Part shown: positions 42,151-53,261 of the stretch, piece after piece
How positions within the stretch are numbered: position 1 is the stretch's first letter
Layout: each line of letters starts with the position of its first letter
DNA from: Octopus sinensis
Taxonomy: Eukaryota
Assembly: GCF_006345805.1 (NCBI RefSeq)
Contig: NC_043007.1
Span: 60,884,001 to 60,948,000 of the forward strand
DNA length: 64,000 bases
Direction: 5' to 3'
Program-made: the position numbers and the translations under genes
Notes under the pieces: model-generated
Seen by the model: the letters and a program-made list of their open reading frames with translations, nothing else
Databases searched by the model: none
Told to the model about the DNA's origin: nothing

Positions 42151-43039
42151 AAGAATGCTCTCCATGGGTTAAATATTGAAAAAAAGCAGTATATACTCTT
42201 CAGTATCAAATAATTGTACAAAATAAACCAGAATAAAACACACATGACTTAACACTCATTTGTCATCTAAATCTATTTAATAATAAAGAAAGCTTTAAAT
42301 CCTTTGAATAAGCAAGTCTTTGATTACTGCTGCACAGGGCAGTAAAAACACCACTTCAAAAAATATTTTGACAGCATATCAGCTGATACAGCTTGAAGGC
42401 AAGCTGTAAAATTTCTGCTTTTTTCTGCCTTGCTCTCTTTGACCTCCCACTCTTGTTTTGTGTCCCCTTTTCACACTCCCTTCTTGAAAAGAATAATAGA
42501 TTATAAAAAAAAAACTTACACCACTCCTCTTTGTTACTATGACTGAAATACAAGCATAAAACAATTCTACTTTAATCTTCTTTAATCTCCCATTTGGTTG
42601 TTACGTGCCTCCTTTTCATGCTCCCTTCTCAAAAAGAACAGAATAGGAAAGCAACTAATTCACTGCTTTTCTTGCTAAGCAAACAGGAGCTTCCTCTACT
42701 TACACTTTGTAAATAATATCGATTATTTACCATCTATACTAAGAAATGGAGGGATGGGAAGTACAAAAAAGAATATCTTGAGTACAATGAGGATAGTAAG
42801 AATTAACAATAATTATTTTTATATTAGACAAAAATTATTTATCCTGGAAATAATGTAAGACATACAGTACATGCATTGCATACATAGACGCCTTTGCCTC
42901 TGACCAACACTGTTGTTACAGGCAATGAACTTAAGTACACCTCTAATCAGTTTATGGGGAAGCTGCTGGTGAAGTAACTTTCCTTCCTGCATTTTCCGGT
43001 TTGCAATAGCTAGCTATGTGCTTGGGCTGGGAACATCAG

Positions 43040-43920
43040 TAACACATTGCTTCAGAGTTTGGTTCTTTTCTATCTCTGACCATGTGCAGATCCTAACACC
43101 TAAAGTATGGTCCCTTAAACGTATGTTCTCACTATTTGCTGCCTGCCTCTCTATCCAACTAGTGTCCACTATCACCATAGCTGTGACATCACATGTTATT
43201 CTGCATCAATACTCACATCTTATCCTGACATTGTGTCGATGTCTGGCAGCTGCTGCAACCTCACTGAGATATGATCGAAGAATCTTGTCACAAAAGCCAG
43301 CTTCACAATCTGCTCCATCGCCCCACTGGTAAACCCAGCTAACCCACTTAATCTCCTTATCTTGCTCACCTAGTCATCAACTTGGTCACCCATCCCAAGT
43401 CTGCAGTAGACTTTAGATTCTCCTTCTGTATATGCATCCTTCAGTTGCTCTTCAATCTTTTTGACTTTCAGTTGATCCACTTCATCCATCTCTAGATACA
43501 GATTCAGGTGCTTCTCTCTAAATAATATGGCATAAGACTAGCCACGTTTTGAATGCTCTGCAACTTTGCCTGGAGTTTCACCTTTTTAATCCAGGCCACC
43601 ACATCACCTTTGCCAACAAATGGTCTCAAAGCATCATTACTATTACTTAACCTTGTCACCATCATTAGTGTTGGCAGTAGAAAGGCAAGAAAGTAAAAGG
43701 AAATATATCCCTACAACAGATAAACTGCGAGCTGAAATAGCTTATAGAAGGAACAAAAATAAGAATGCTCAAGGCGAATTCAGAACAGAGTACACAGCTT
43801 CAGTTCACAAGGAACTTGGTAGATATCTCTTCAAACACACCATCCTGACCCCTATCCAGTAACTATTCTTCCTCTGAAATTCCCTCCACCCATCCACTCA
43901 CCTCAATGTCTTCACGAAGA
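43040..43920 (-). mobile_element. gag region and LTR end of the same Gypsy-like family
   Basis: Minus strand reads GKGDVVAWIKKVKLQAKLQ...LYLEMDEVDQ...KIRRLSGLAGF...VKLAFVT. 43743-43805 repeats 39354-39428 (aaaaataagaatgct...cagagtaYacagcttca). Confidence 0.7.
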
Positions 43921-43995
43921 AGTTTATAATGGATGGCAAAGTTTACGATATAAGGAGAATATTGCCTTCTTCCATTATCTCTTTTTTGTTCTTCA

Positions 43996-44407
43996 TGTAG
44001 TTCAGGCTCCGGCAGACGAAGAGAGAAGACTTCAAGTACAAATGCAATTTACAACTGGTTTATTTACAGGTTCTCAGGATTGGTGAAGTGTTCTGCTCTC
44101 AGCCACCATCTTTAGCTGCGTGCATTGTATAGTAGCTCCATTAGTGTGGGCACATTGCCTCTGGAGATACAACATACAGACTGGCCCAGCCAATGGAGTG
44201 CAATCAGCAAATGCTGCTGCTAAGAGGCAGAAAGGAAAAGACTGAATCTGTTTGTTTTTGCCCTTATATACAATTTGCCATTGCAAGCCTCGTTGTGATC
44301 TCGTGCATAGCAAATGGATGCAAGTGAGGTCTAGCTCCAGTCTCAGAGATGGCAATGGCTGCTGTAAGATCTTATCCAATATAGTACTGACTGCTTGTGC
44401 CACTACA
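43996..44407 (-). mobile_element. LTR-like element (412 bp)
   Basis: Starts TGTAGT and ends ACTACA (6-bp inverted termini, TG...CA). Minus strand has TATATAA near 44265 and AATAAA near 44060. No TSD seen. Confidence 0.55.
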
Positions 44408-44867
44408 AGGGCTCCCTGCTGAGTGTGGCAGTGCGAAAACAGAATAATCGGAGCAGGCACAAGAAAGAGCAAAGATGGTAACTGATCGCAACCAACAAGA
44501 TATGGTACAATTCAACTTTGAAATTTTACCCTTTAAGGGTCGATAAAATACCAGTCAAATACTGGAGTTGATGTTATATACTAATTCTCTTCCTTCAAAG
44601 ATGTTCGTGTTGAGGGTGAGAGCTGACAAAATCGTTAGAGCGTTGGAAGAAAATACATTGCGCTATTTCTTCCAGCTTTTGATGAGCTAAGTTCAAGTCC
44701 CACCAAGGTCAATTTCACCTTCCATATTTTCGAAGTCGATAAAATTTTGAGCCCTGGAATAGATGTAATTGACTTCCTCTCCCTTCAAAATTGAAAAGAG
44801 TTAAGTCTGCTGGTTCAGAATTGACCTGGGGTTAAAACTAGTTTTTATTATTTTGAGTAGACAAAAA

Positions 44868-46038
44868 ATAAATAATAATAATAATGAGATTATTTATACA
44901 ATGCTCAAGTGCACCACAACTTGTCAGAAAGTGCGTATAAAGTATATGCAGTAATGTACAAATGTCTGGAAAGCGAACAATGTATGAGTCAGATACATGC
45001 TTGTGTGTGTATGGAGGGGAGAAAATCAGGTGTAGTGTTGGCGAATCTCAGAAAGCATGGAAGTTTTGAAGGATGCAGTGCTCCGACAACTAACAACTGA
45101 TGCCGGCAGTTTGTTCCATGCTTCAGCAACTCTCAGCGTGAAAAAATGTTTCCTAAAGTCATGGGAGCTGTGCAGTTTTCTGACTTTGTAAATATGTCCA
45201 CGGGTGTTAGACGGGTGGAATTTGAAAAGGTGCTCAGAGTTATTGTTTGTAAGATGGTTAATAATTTTATGGGTGTCTGCCAAGTCAGCTGCCAGACGTC
45301 GGAGTCTCAATGTGTCCATGCCCAGGGAAGTAAATGCCTGATGGAGGGTATTCTTTTGGTTGCACATCGCTGAACGGCTTCTAGATATTAATATCCTAGG
45401 CAAGATAGGGGTTCCAGACCGGTGATGCAAATTCCAGGTGAGGTCTTACAATAGCTATATAAAGCCGCAGATAGATAGCCGGAGAGCAGCTCACAAAGGA
45501 CTTGGTGAGTGATGCCAAGACACCCTCAGCCATCTTGGCAATTTTAGCGATGTGTTTTGTCCAACACAAATCGCTGTCGACAATAACACCCAGGTCACGA
45601 TCACACGAAGTCTTTTTGAGATTAGTGTTGTGGAGGGAGTAAGTGGACACTGGGTTTCTCCTCCCAAAATGCATGGTGGTACATTTGTCCACAGCCAGCT
45701 TGAGTTGTCAGTCCATGATCCACTGCTGCATTGTGTCCAGGTCTGCTTCCAATAGAGATCTATAGTGTACAGGATCTGACCTCTTTATTTCGAGGTACAG
45801 CTTGATGTCATCTGCATATTTCAGCACTGTGACATTCTTTAAGTCGGCATCTATGTCATTAACATATGCAACAAATAAAAGACAGCCAAAAACAGATCCC
45901 TGTAGTACACCAGATGTCATCTCATTGGGTGAATAGTGCTGTCCTAGAACTGTGACAACCTCTTTTTGGCCGAAAATATAGGACTTCAACCAGTTATGGA
46001 GTTCGTCCCTTACACCCAACGCAAAGAGTTTCACCATA
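44868..46038 (-). mobile_element. 5'-truncated, frameshifted CR1-group LINE
   Basis: ORF pieces 45708..46037 (YADD), 45396..45692 and 45026..45430 are homologous to the 34.3-36.0 kb copy. (TAA)n tail near 44868-44885. Confidence 0.93.
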
Positions 46039-46039
46039 G

Positions 46040-46293
46040 TCGACTTTGGTGGGATTTAAATTCAAAATCAAGTCCAGTTCAAAATACTGCAATAGCCCTT
46101 GTATCTTATATATTTCTGTTTCAACCTTTGGCGTGTAACATCTGAATATTTTTATAAATCACTAAGCAACTCGTTGAATCAAGGGAGGTAATTCTAGAAA
46201 ACTTGTCATGCGCACTTGGCATTTCACCTGATATTGACACGCTGTCAGTGTTTTGATATTTCTTTCAAGTCGAGAAAATACTTCTTTTCCATT
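46040..46293 (+). promoter_or_regulatory. Likely kish-B promoter/5' UTR region
   Basis: Mostly unique sequence with retained CpGs (ggcgtg, atgcgcac, gacacgct, gtcgag) directly upstream of the kish-B ATG, whereas most of the window is CpG-depleted. Confidence 0.55.
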
Positions 46294-46303
46294 ATGACAA
46301 ACG
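46294..46303 (+). CDS. TMEM167B: Protein kish-B, first coding exon (ATG ACA AAC G)
   Basis: ATGACAAACG|gtatgt in a CpG-retaining region. Gives MTN(V), the kish-B N-terminus. Phase 1 matches the next exon. Confidence 0.85.
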
Positions 46304-47519
46304 GTATGTTTAGTAAGAAGTATATTCACCTTTTTCTTTTTTGTTATCCAAACAACTTCCTGTCATTTAACAGTTCATCGCAGTCGATAATTTCTGGTTA
46401 TAGGTCTGCATTAGTAGGACGATTGTAACGTTTTTAGAACCTGAAGTTTTCCTTTTGTGTGTGTGTGTGTGTGTTTTAAGCTAATTTCCTTGTTCTTATT
46501 GTCTTCATAATACAGTCCACTGAAATGACATTTGGAATCAGATATTATAAATATTTTGATATTATCTTTTTAGTGTGGGTTTATGGGCGCCTATGTAAAC
46601 ATATCAGTGTATGTAATAATGCTTAAACGTTGAAAGTGTAGGAACTGGTGTAAGTGTAATCATAAATGCTTGTCAGTTTGTTTAATGGAAGTTGTCAACA
46701 TCTATAGATGTTTATATATGTGTGTGTGTATGTATGTCAGTCAGTGTTCATATTGGTAGAGTATCGGTAGATTGTCAATATTTAGAGTTACATACCTTTG
46801 GCCATAGCTAATGAATTTATCGAACCAACAATAGCTCTTTCAGAATTTTTAATATCTAGGTGAATTACAAGTGCATAAAAACTTTTTGGTGCGTGTCTCT
46901 GTTAAGAAAAATGACGAGTGTTTAAATTATACAAGTTTATAAATATGCAACTCCTGTGAATTTATTGCTTGAGTTTTGTAAATTAAACGTTAAACAAAGC
47001 ACTAATGTGTATCATAAATTTCCTCAGTGGGCGGCTACAGATTTGAATGTAGGCAAAATTTCACTTGCGGGCAAGAGGTTAGCTCTGCTACAGGTTCTAC
47101 ACCCCTATACATACGCGCTTGATCTTCAAATAAGTGCCTCATCCTCAAATCATACCCTGCATGTTAAAAATAAGAAACGCACATTGGAAAATGTACTCCT
47201 AGATGCACTATGTTAAAATAAAGCACAAGACAGTAAAGGTTGGAATATCTTTGATCCTAGGTGTTCTCGAGTATGGCTGACTTGAGTCTGAACAACAATA
47301 GCAAAGTTATTATATAATTTAAGGCTAAATTTTATATTATAAATAAATTGAATCAGTTTTCGAAGAATTCTCCCTTTGTTTTAGACATTTTTTATGTGTT
47401 GGATTAATTCGTGAAGTTAGATTTTGGGGTCAATTTAAAGATCCTCACTCATTAACGAGAACAAAAACAAAACCAGCATGCTGGGTGTTAACAACTGTGT
47501 AGAAAACGAATATGAAAAA

Positions 47520-48210
47520 AAATTTGCGCAAACGAACCTTGGGACGGGGAGAGGACTTTCGAAAAATTTACAAGATCCGATTTTTCCCTTATAACTTTCA
47601 GGAAAATGGATATATATGGATTTTTTTACGGAATCCCACGTTTCGGCTATAGACAATCTGATTCTGAAAAAATATTGTTTGTAAAATTTCAATTTTTCAA
47701 AAAAAATTTTAAATACCCCTCCCAATTCTACATGCTAGAAATAACGGCCAAATCTCACAAAACTGCGATAATATAATGAAAGAAATATGTAATCAATCTA
47801 CTCTCTTTTCTGCAAAGATTTCTTTCAGAGTAATTTCCCTCAGTAATATGACAAAGTAATTCATGTGAATTTACAGTGCTCTTTTTTCTTTTTTTTTTCT
47901 TGAAAGTTACAAAAAATATGAGTGCAGAAATAACAGCAAGCTCTTTTGAAAAAAGAAAAGTAAAAATAGCAAAGAAATAATGTGACAAATTGAAATTAAA
48001 GAGAATCATTTGACCAGTACAAAACGTGTTTTTATGGGACTGAAAACGGTCTTGCCCATTTGAGATTTGGCTGTTATTTCTAGCCTGCTTGAAGGCCAAG
48101 GCCGTAGAATTGGGAGGGGAGGGGAGGGTGTTGGGTTTTTTATTTTTTAAATATATATCCATTTTCCTGAAAGTTGCGAGGGAAAAATTGAATTTTGAAT
48201 TTTTTGCGCA
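47520..48210. mobile_element. Fold-back/MITE-like element in kish-B intron 1
   Basis: tttttcccttataactttcaggaaaatggatatatat (about 47581-47618) is inverted at about 48151-48188. An inner pair gctagaaataacggccaaatctca (47735) / tgagatttggctgttatttctagc (48061) is also present. Confidence 0.7.
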
Positions 48211-48349
48211 GTGAGATTGAATTTGGAACCATTTGGTTGAAAAGTGAAGTTCTCAACCACACAGCCATGGTGCTTATTATATCAAATATGATTTAAAACA
48301 ATTATTATCATTTATGATTACCTCAGCAAAGTTATTGCAATAATAATAA

Positions 48350-49220
48350 TAATCCTTTCTACTAAAGCACAAGGACTGGAATTCGGGGGAAGGAGGCTAT
48401 TGACCCCAATGCTCAAATGAGATGTATTTTACTTCACCTGGATGAAAGGCGAGTTTTGAAATCAGAACCTAAAAAAAGTTGGAATAAATACTGCCTGGAC
48501 ACTAATGATTCTGTCAAACTGCCAACCTAAAAGTAATGATTTCTAATTTCAACACAAGCTGACAGTTTTTAGGGGATGAGGTTAGTCAATTACATCAACT
48601 CTAGTACTCAATTCTGGAAGGATGAAAGACAAAGTTGCTTTTGGTGCAATTTCAATGCAGAATATTAAGAGCCAGAAGAAATACTTCAATGCATTTTGGA
48701 TGATACTCTAAAGATTTTGTAAGACCATTTCTAAAAATAGGCAAAATGCCTGAAATTTGGGAGAGGAGAACAGTTGATTATATCAACCCTACTACTTGAC
48801 TGGTACTTTATTTTTTCAGGATGGACCTGCGTAAAATGCTTAGCATTTCATCTGTCCTTACATTCTGATTTCAAATTCTGCTGTGGTTGACTTTACCGTT
48901 CATTCTTTTGGAGTCGATAAAATAAGTACCAGTTGAGCACTGGGGTTGATGTAATCAACTTACTCCTACCCCAAAATTGCTGACCTTGTGCCAAAATTTG
49001 AAGTCATCATCATCATTATTATTATTGTTATTATTATTATTATTATTAAGGTGGAGGAATGGCAGAATCATTAGCATGCTGGGCAAAATGTTTAGTGGCA
49101 TTTCATTCATTACATTCCACTGAGGTCAATAAAATAAATTCCAGTTGAACACTGGGGTTAATGTAATCAACAACCCACTTTCCCCACAAATTTCAAGCTT
49201 TGTGCCTAGAGTAGAAATAC
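48350..49220. mobile_element. Cluster of about five family-A SINE copies in both orientations (kish-B intron 1)
   Basis: Minus copies at about 48350-48820 and plus copies at about 48830-49005 and 49050-49220. Confidence 0.75.
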
Positions 49221-49322
49221 TTATTAGTTTTATTATTATTAAATGAATCATTAATGCAATCCACGAGTTTTGCATGAAATGGAATTATAGAATGATTTTT
49301 TTTTTTTTTCATTGTTTTTCAG

Positions 49323-49454
49323 TTTACTCATTTGATGGTCTGCTGGTGTTTGGACTTTTGGTCATTTGTACTTGTGCTTATATGAGCCGAGTCCCTCGTC
49401 TAAAGAATTGGTTTCTCTCAGAGAAGAAGGGTGTTTTTGGAATCTTCTATAAAG
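49323..49454 (+). CDS. TMEM167B: Protein kish-B, exon 2
   Basis: Long polypyrimidine tract with ttttcag acceptor; AAAG|gttggt donor. Reads [44 protein letters not shown], closely matching kish-B. Confidence 0.95.
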
Positions 49455-51904
49455 GTTGGTGAAAATGTTATATTTGTTCCAAGCATATGCTTCTAATCAT
49501 GATTGTCCTATTAGTTAATGACTTCACTGAAAAAATACATGATCTCTCAGCATTAAAGCATATGTATCTTTATGATTCTGAGTTTTACCAGGTTTGACAT
49601 AACCAATTACTTTAGACTAGATGAAATTAGTGTCAATGGCACACTGGTATAATTAATTAAATTAATGAAACCTGAGATGAACACCCAGCAAAACAGAGGT
49701 CATCGTGAAAATATCTATTGATGAGCTGTGACTTAAAGCAAAGCCTATTTATTTCTTTAACATTTTGGGGCTAGATCAGCAAAACTAGGTACATTGTATT
49801 TGAATGTTGTACTCAGTAAAATATATTAAGAAACTAAGACCTGATTTCTAAACTATTTCATACAGAATTTCAGTGTCACCAGATTTTTTGCAAATTGACT
49901 TTCATAATAACTTGCATAGATACTACAGTGTGGCTGCTTAGACATAGGTTGGCCATTTTAATGAAGAGATACCTACATTAGAAATACTACATTCTATTGT
50001 ATATAGAAGTGTGAAGTAACTACCTATCTTACGGTAAATATTTAAAAATAGGTGAATAGCATCCTTAAATCATCTTTGTGTGGTACAGGAGATGAACTGC
50101 CAACTCTTGAGCTAATATACTGGCATCTTATCAACTCAGCTGAGGCTCATTTTGCAGTGGTACACTTAGTACAAGGTGACGTAAATATGGAGTGATGCTT
50201 CTGTTTGCTAGTTTTACTAAGTTACTATTAGGTGCCTAAAACAAACAAGTTTACTCATATTTTATCCTTTGTAGTATAAGAAATGAAGATTCACTCCTCC
50301 CCTCTTTTGAAAATTTAAACATGAATTATTAAAACAAATGTACTTTGTAAACCTGGATCTCCTTACTGTTAACCAGTCAACAACTCTCACAAGGCAATTG
50401 TTACTTTTTTTTATCTGAACTACTGTCTCCTAATATTTTCTTTAAAGCAACATCTTTCAGTTTCTCAAAAGCTATGGTGGTCTCACATCAAAATACTTTA
50501 TTTCCAATCAATTATCAAATAAAATTAAAACATTATTTTTATTTTATTTTAATCAATAAACACACTTGAATCTTAAACTAGAGTATCTTTTGCTGGCTGA
50601 AACCGGCTCTGACTCTGCATACAAATGTCTTGTCTTCATAAGTTTTGAATTAATTTTAGTCACAATTTATGTTCCTAACACTAGCTGAATGATAACTAAG
50701 TTATTTTACTAAATTCTTTGTTATATTTAAAGTAATTGAAAGAAACACAGAGCATCTCAAAATAAATACAGTGACGAAAGGGTTAATAAAAGATGAATAA
50801 AGTAACACCTCTTACGAGACACTAACACATACAAATGCAATAAAGTAGGGTTATGATCTTCAGGATTGAGGACTTCTGATCTAAGCTGGATGAAACAAGC
50901 AGAATAATGTTTTTATACAATAAGCAGTACAGTTACTGTATCTTTAATTTACTGAAGAACTACCCATTCATTTGATATAATTTTACTTCAAAAATTTAGC
51001 ATATAACATAACCTAAACTTTTATACTTGGCATTTTGATTTGAATCATGTTTTTGTTATTCTGATTTAAATAGTGAATACTTACTCACTTCTGAATGACA
51101 CTCTTTTACTAATTTTTCCATGAAAAGATACATTGTACTGTTCTACAAATTCAGATACTTATATGAATTGTTGAAACAAGTAGAAATGGATATCACTTTT
51201 ATGTTAGGTGAACTCTAATAAATATTTTGAGGTTTCTTGTAGATCAGCCAGTACCAGAGACTGTATAGTACAGAATCTTAAACACTCAACAACTATATTT
51301 TAAGTGTAATATATTATGCAAAGAAAAATATATAGCTGTAAGCATGAAAGGTTGATCATTATTAGAGTCACTTGTGACCAAGGAAAATCTGTGTGAATTG
51401 TTAAACTCAGCATGTACAGGCATCCTCCTGTACATGATGCACACCAGCCATAAAAGCCATATCAATATTTGTATCCAATGATAAGAGAACCAAGACAATC
51501 AAATTCTAGTCTGAGGCTGAACATTACTTTGCAGTTTGGTGGAATGTGTTCTTCCAAGAAATAAAACAAAATACTTGCAGCTTATTTGAATTGCCCATGA
51601 GCAAGCTATTTTAATATCTTATTGTGTAAATCTTATGATTGAAGTTTCAAACGATATTGTTACTGTAGTGATTTGTACCCCTAGACAAGGTACATAACTT
51701 TGCTGGTCTTTGATTTCACAAATAATTAGAGGCCGAAAGGTTATTGACATGTAAAAACACAACACGCAACTGTCCAAATTTGTAAAATGTTATGCCCATC
51801 TACTAACATAAAAATTTGGTTCTCAAACACTAAATATAAACATAACACAGATTGCCATTTAATTACAACACGTCTCTAACATCTATTTTTTTTTTTTTTT
51901 CCAG

Positions 51905-51987
51905 CATCAGTGATTGGCATACGGCTTCATATACCTGTTGCACTGAGTTGTGTAATGATGGGTATATACATTCTACTTTTGAAGTAA
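51905..51987 (+). CDS. TMEM167B: Protein kish-B, terminal coding exon
   Basis: (T)n-ccag acceptor. Reads ASVIGIRLHIPVALSCVMMGIYILLLK-TAA. Total CDS 10+132+83=225 nt, i.e. 74 aa plus stop. Confidence 0.95.
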
Positions 51988-52461
51988 CAGATACAGATAC
52001 ATGCACACAAATGGAAAATATTTTAATTTAATTCATTTTATGAAGTGGAATGTATACAATCCAAACCAGAATTACTGTCGGCAGATTGTACAGAAATTTC
52101 ATAAATCATGCAAAAACAGATTACAGCCTCTTTGAAATATTAACTAAGAAACAAATCAACAATCCAAAATCTGTGATAGTTAAAGGATGGGATCCTTTCA
52201 AAACTCACTTGTTATAGAAATTTTAGATGGGGTTACAGTTGAATATTTATCCTCACTTGTTATATACATGCACACACATATGTAAGGTACAATGGCTGTT
52301 TGATTCCTGATTGTATGATCACATCTTACAATAACAATTATGTTGATCCAGTCTGCTTGACTGATAAAATAAAGGTTCTGTTTCTATTTATATTTTACCA
52401 CCCTACCTTTGTGAATATAAAAATATTGATGTAAAAGAGTATAAATTGATATATATATATA

Positions 52462-52492
<31 letters not shown>

Positions 52493-53068
52493 TTATATAG
52501 CCATTTTCTTTGCCAAAAAATGTGAAGTGATATTTGGCTATTGTGAATACTAACCACTCAGCTGTTGATTTGGAATGGAACCAGTTGATGGGTCAAGTAC
52601 CTAGTTTATGTGGCTGCAGTAACATACAAGCCTTTTGCCTTACTGGCCATGGAATTTATAGAACATGCTATATATATATCACCTGTTTCCACCTTAAATA
52701 TTGTAATAATGTGGTAGAATATTTGAAAACCAACCTTTAACATTACACTTCAAATAGATTGTATATGGTAATTGTTAGCAGATAATTAACAATTATGTCT
52801 AACAGCTGTATTCTGGCATTTAAAAGTAGTTGCTGCAGCAGAGAAAACTGATGAAACGATTGGCTATGACAATTTTTGATGTGTAGGTTTTATATCAGTG
52901 GTGTAATCTGCCCTGCATAAGAATCTCACGTTGTTCTATATCTGAGGGTCCATTTTCCAATATTGAAAATGTCTGGCTTAAAAAAAAATCTATATTACTG
53001 ACCAATGAATGGTAACTGTACATATTTTTTTTGGTCCTTTATTTTGAAAATTACATATCTATGGAGTA

Positions 53069-53150
53069 AATAAAAATAAACTTAAAAGACTAAATAAAAT
53101 TCTTAATTATATATGTACTATTTAAGTAGTGTGTATGTGTATTTTATCAT
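53069..53150 (+). terminator. Candidate kish-B polyadenylation region
   Basis: Three AATAAA hexamers (53069, 53075, 53093) followed by a GT/T-rich tract, about 1.1 kb after the stop codon. Confidence 0.45.
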
Positions 53151-53261
53151 TTGCTATTTCTCTGTATTATTAACAATCTGAAATGTTTGAGTTTGTAAAT
53201 TGTAGCTCTTGTATTTTGTTTTGATCTTTATTTTTCTTCAATATTAGTATACCTTAACCCC

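Noticed and set aside
51905-52030. Alternative frame ISDWHTASYTCCTELCNDG resembling a Ly6/three-finger CCxxxxCN motif
   Set aside because: The spacing is wrong, and the other frame completes kish-B with correct phase and length.
52848-52945. TGATGA...CTGA pair suggesting a C/D snoRNA
   Set aside because: Lies in the probable kish-B 3' UTR, has no terminal stem, and shows only a weak, interrupted match to rRNA.
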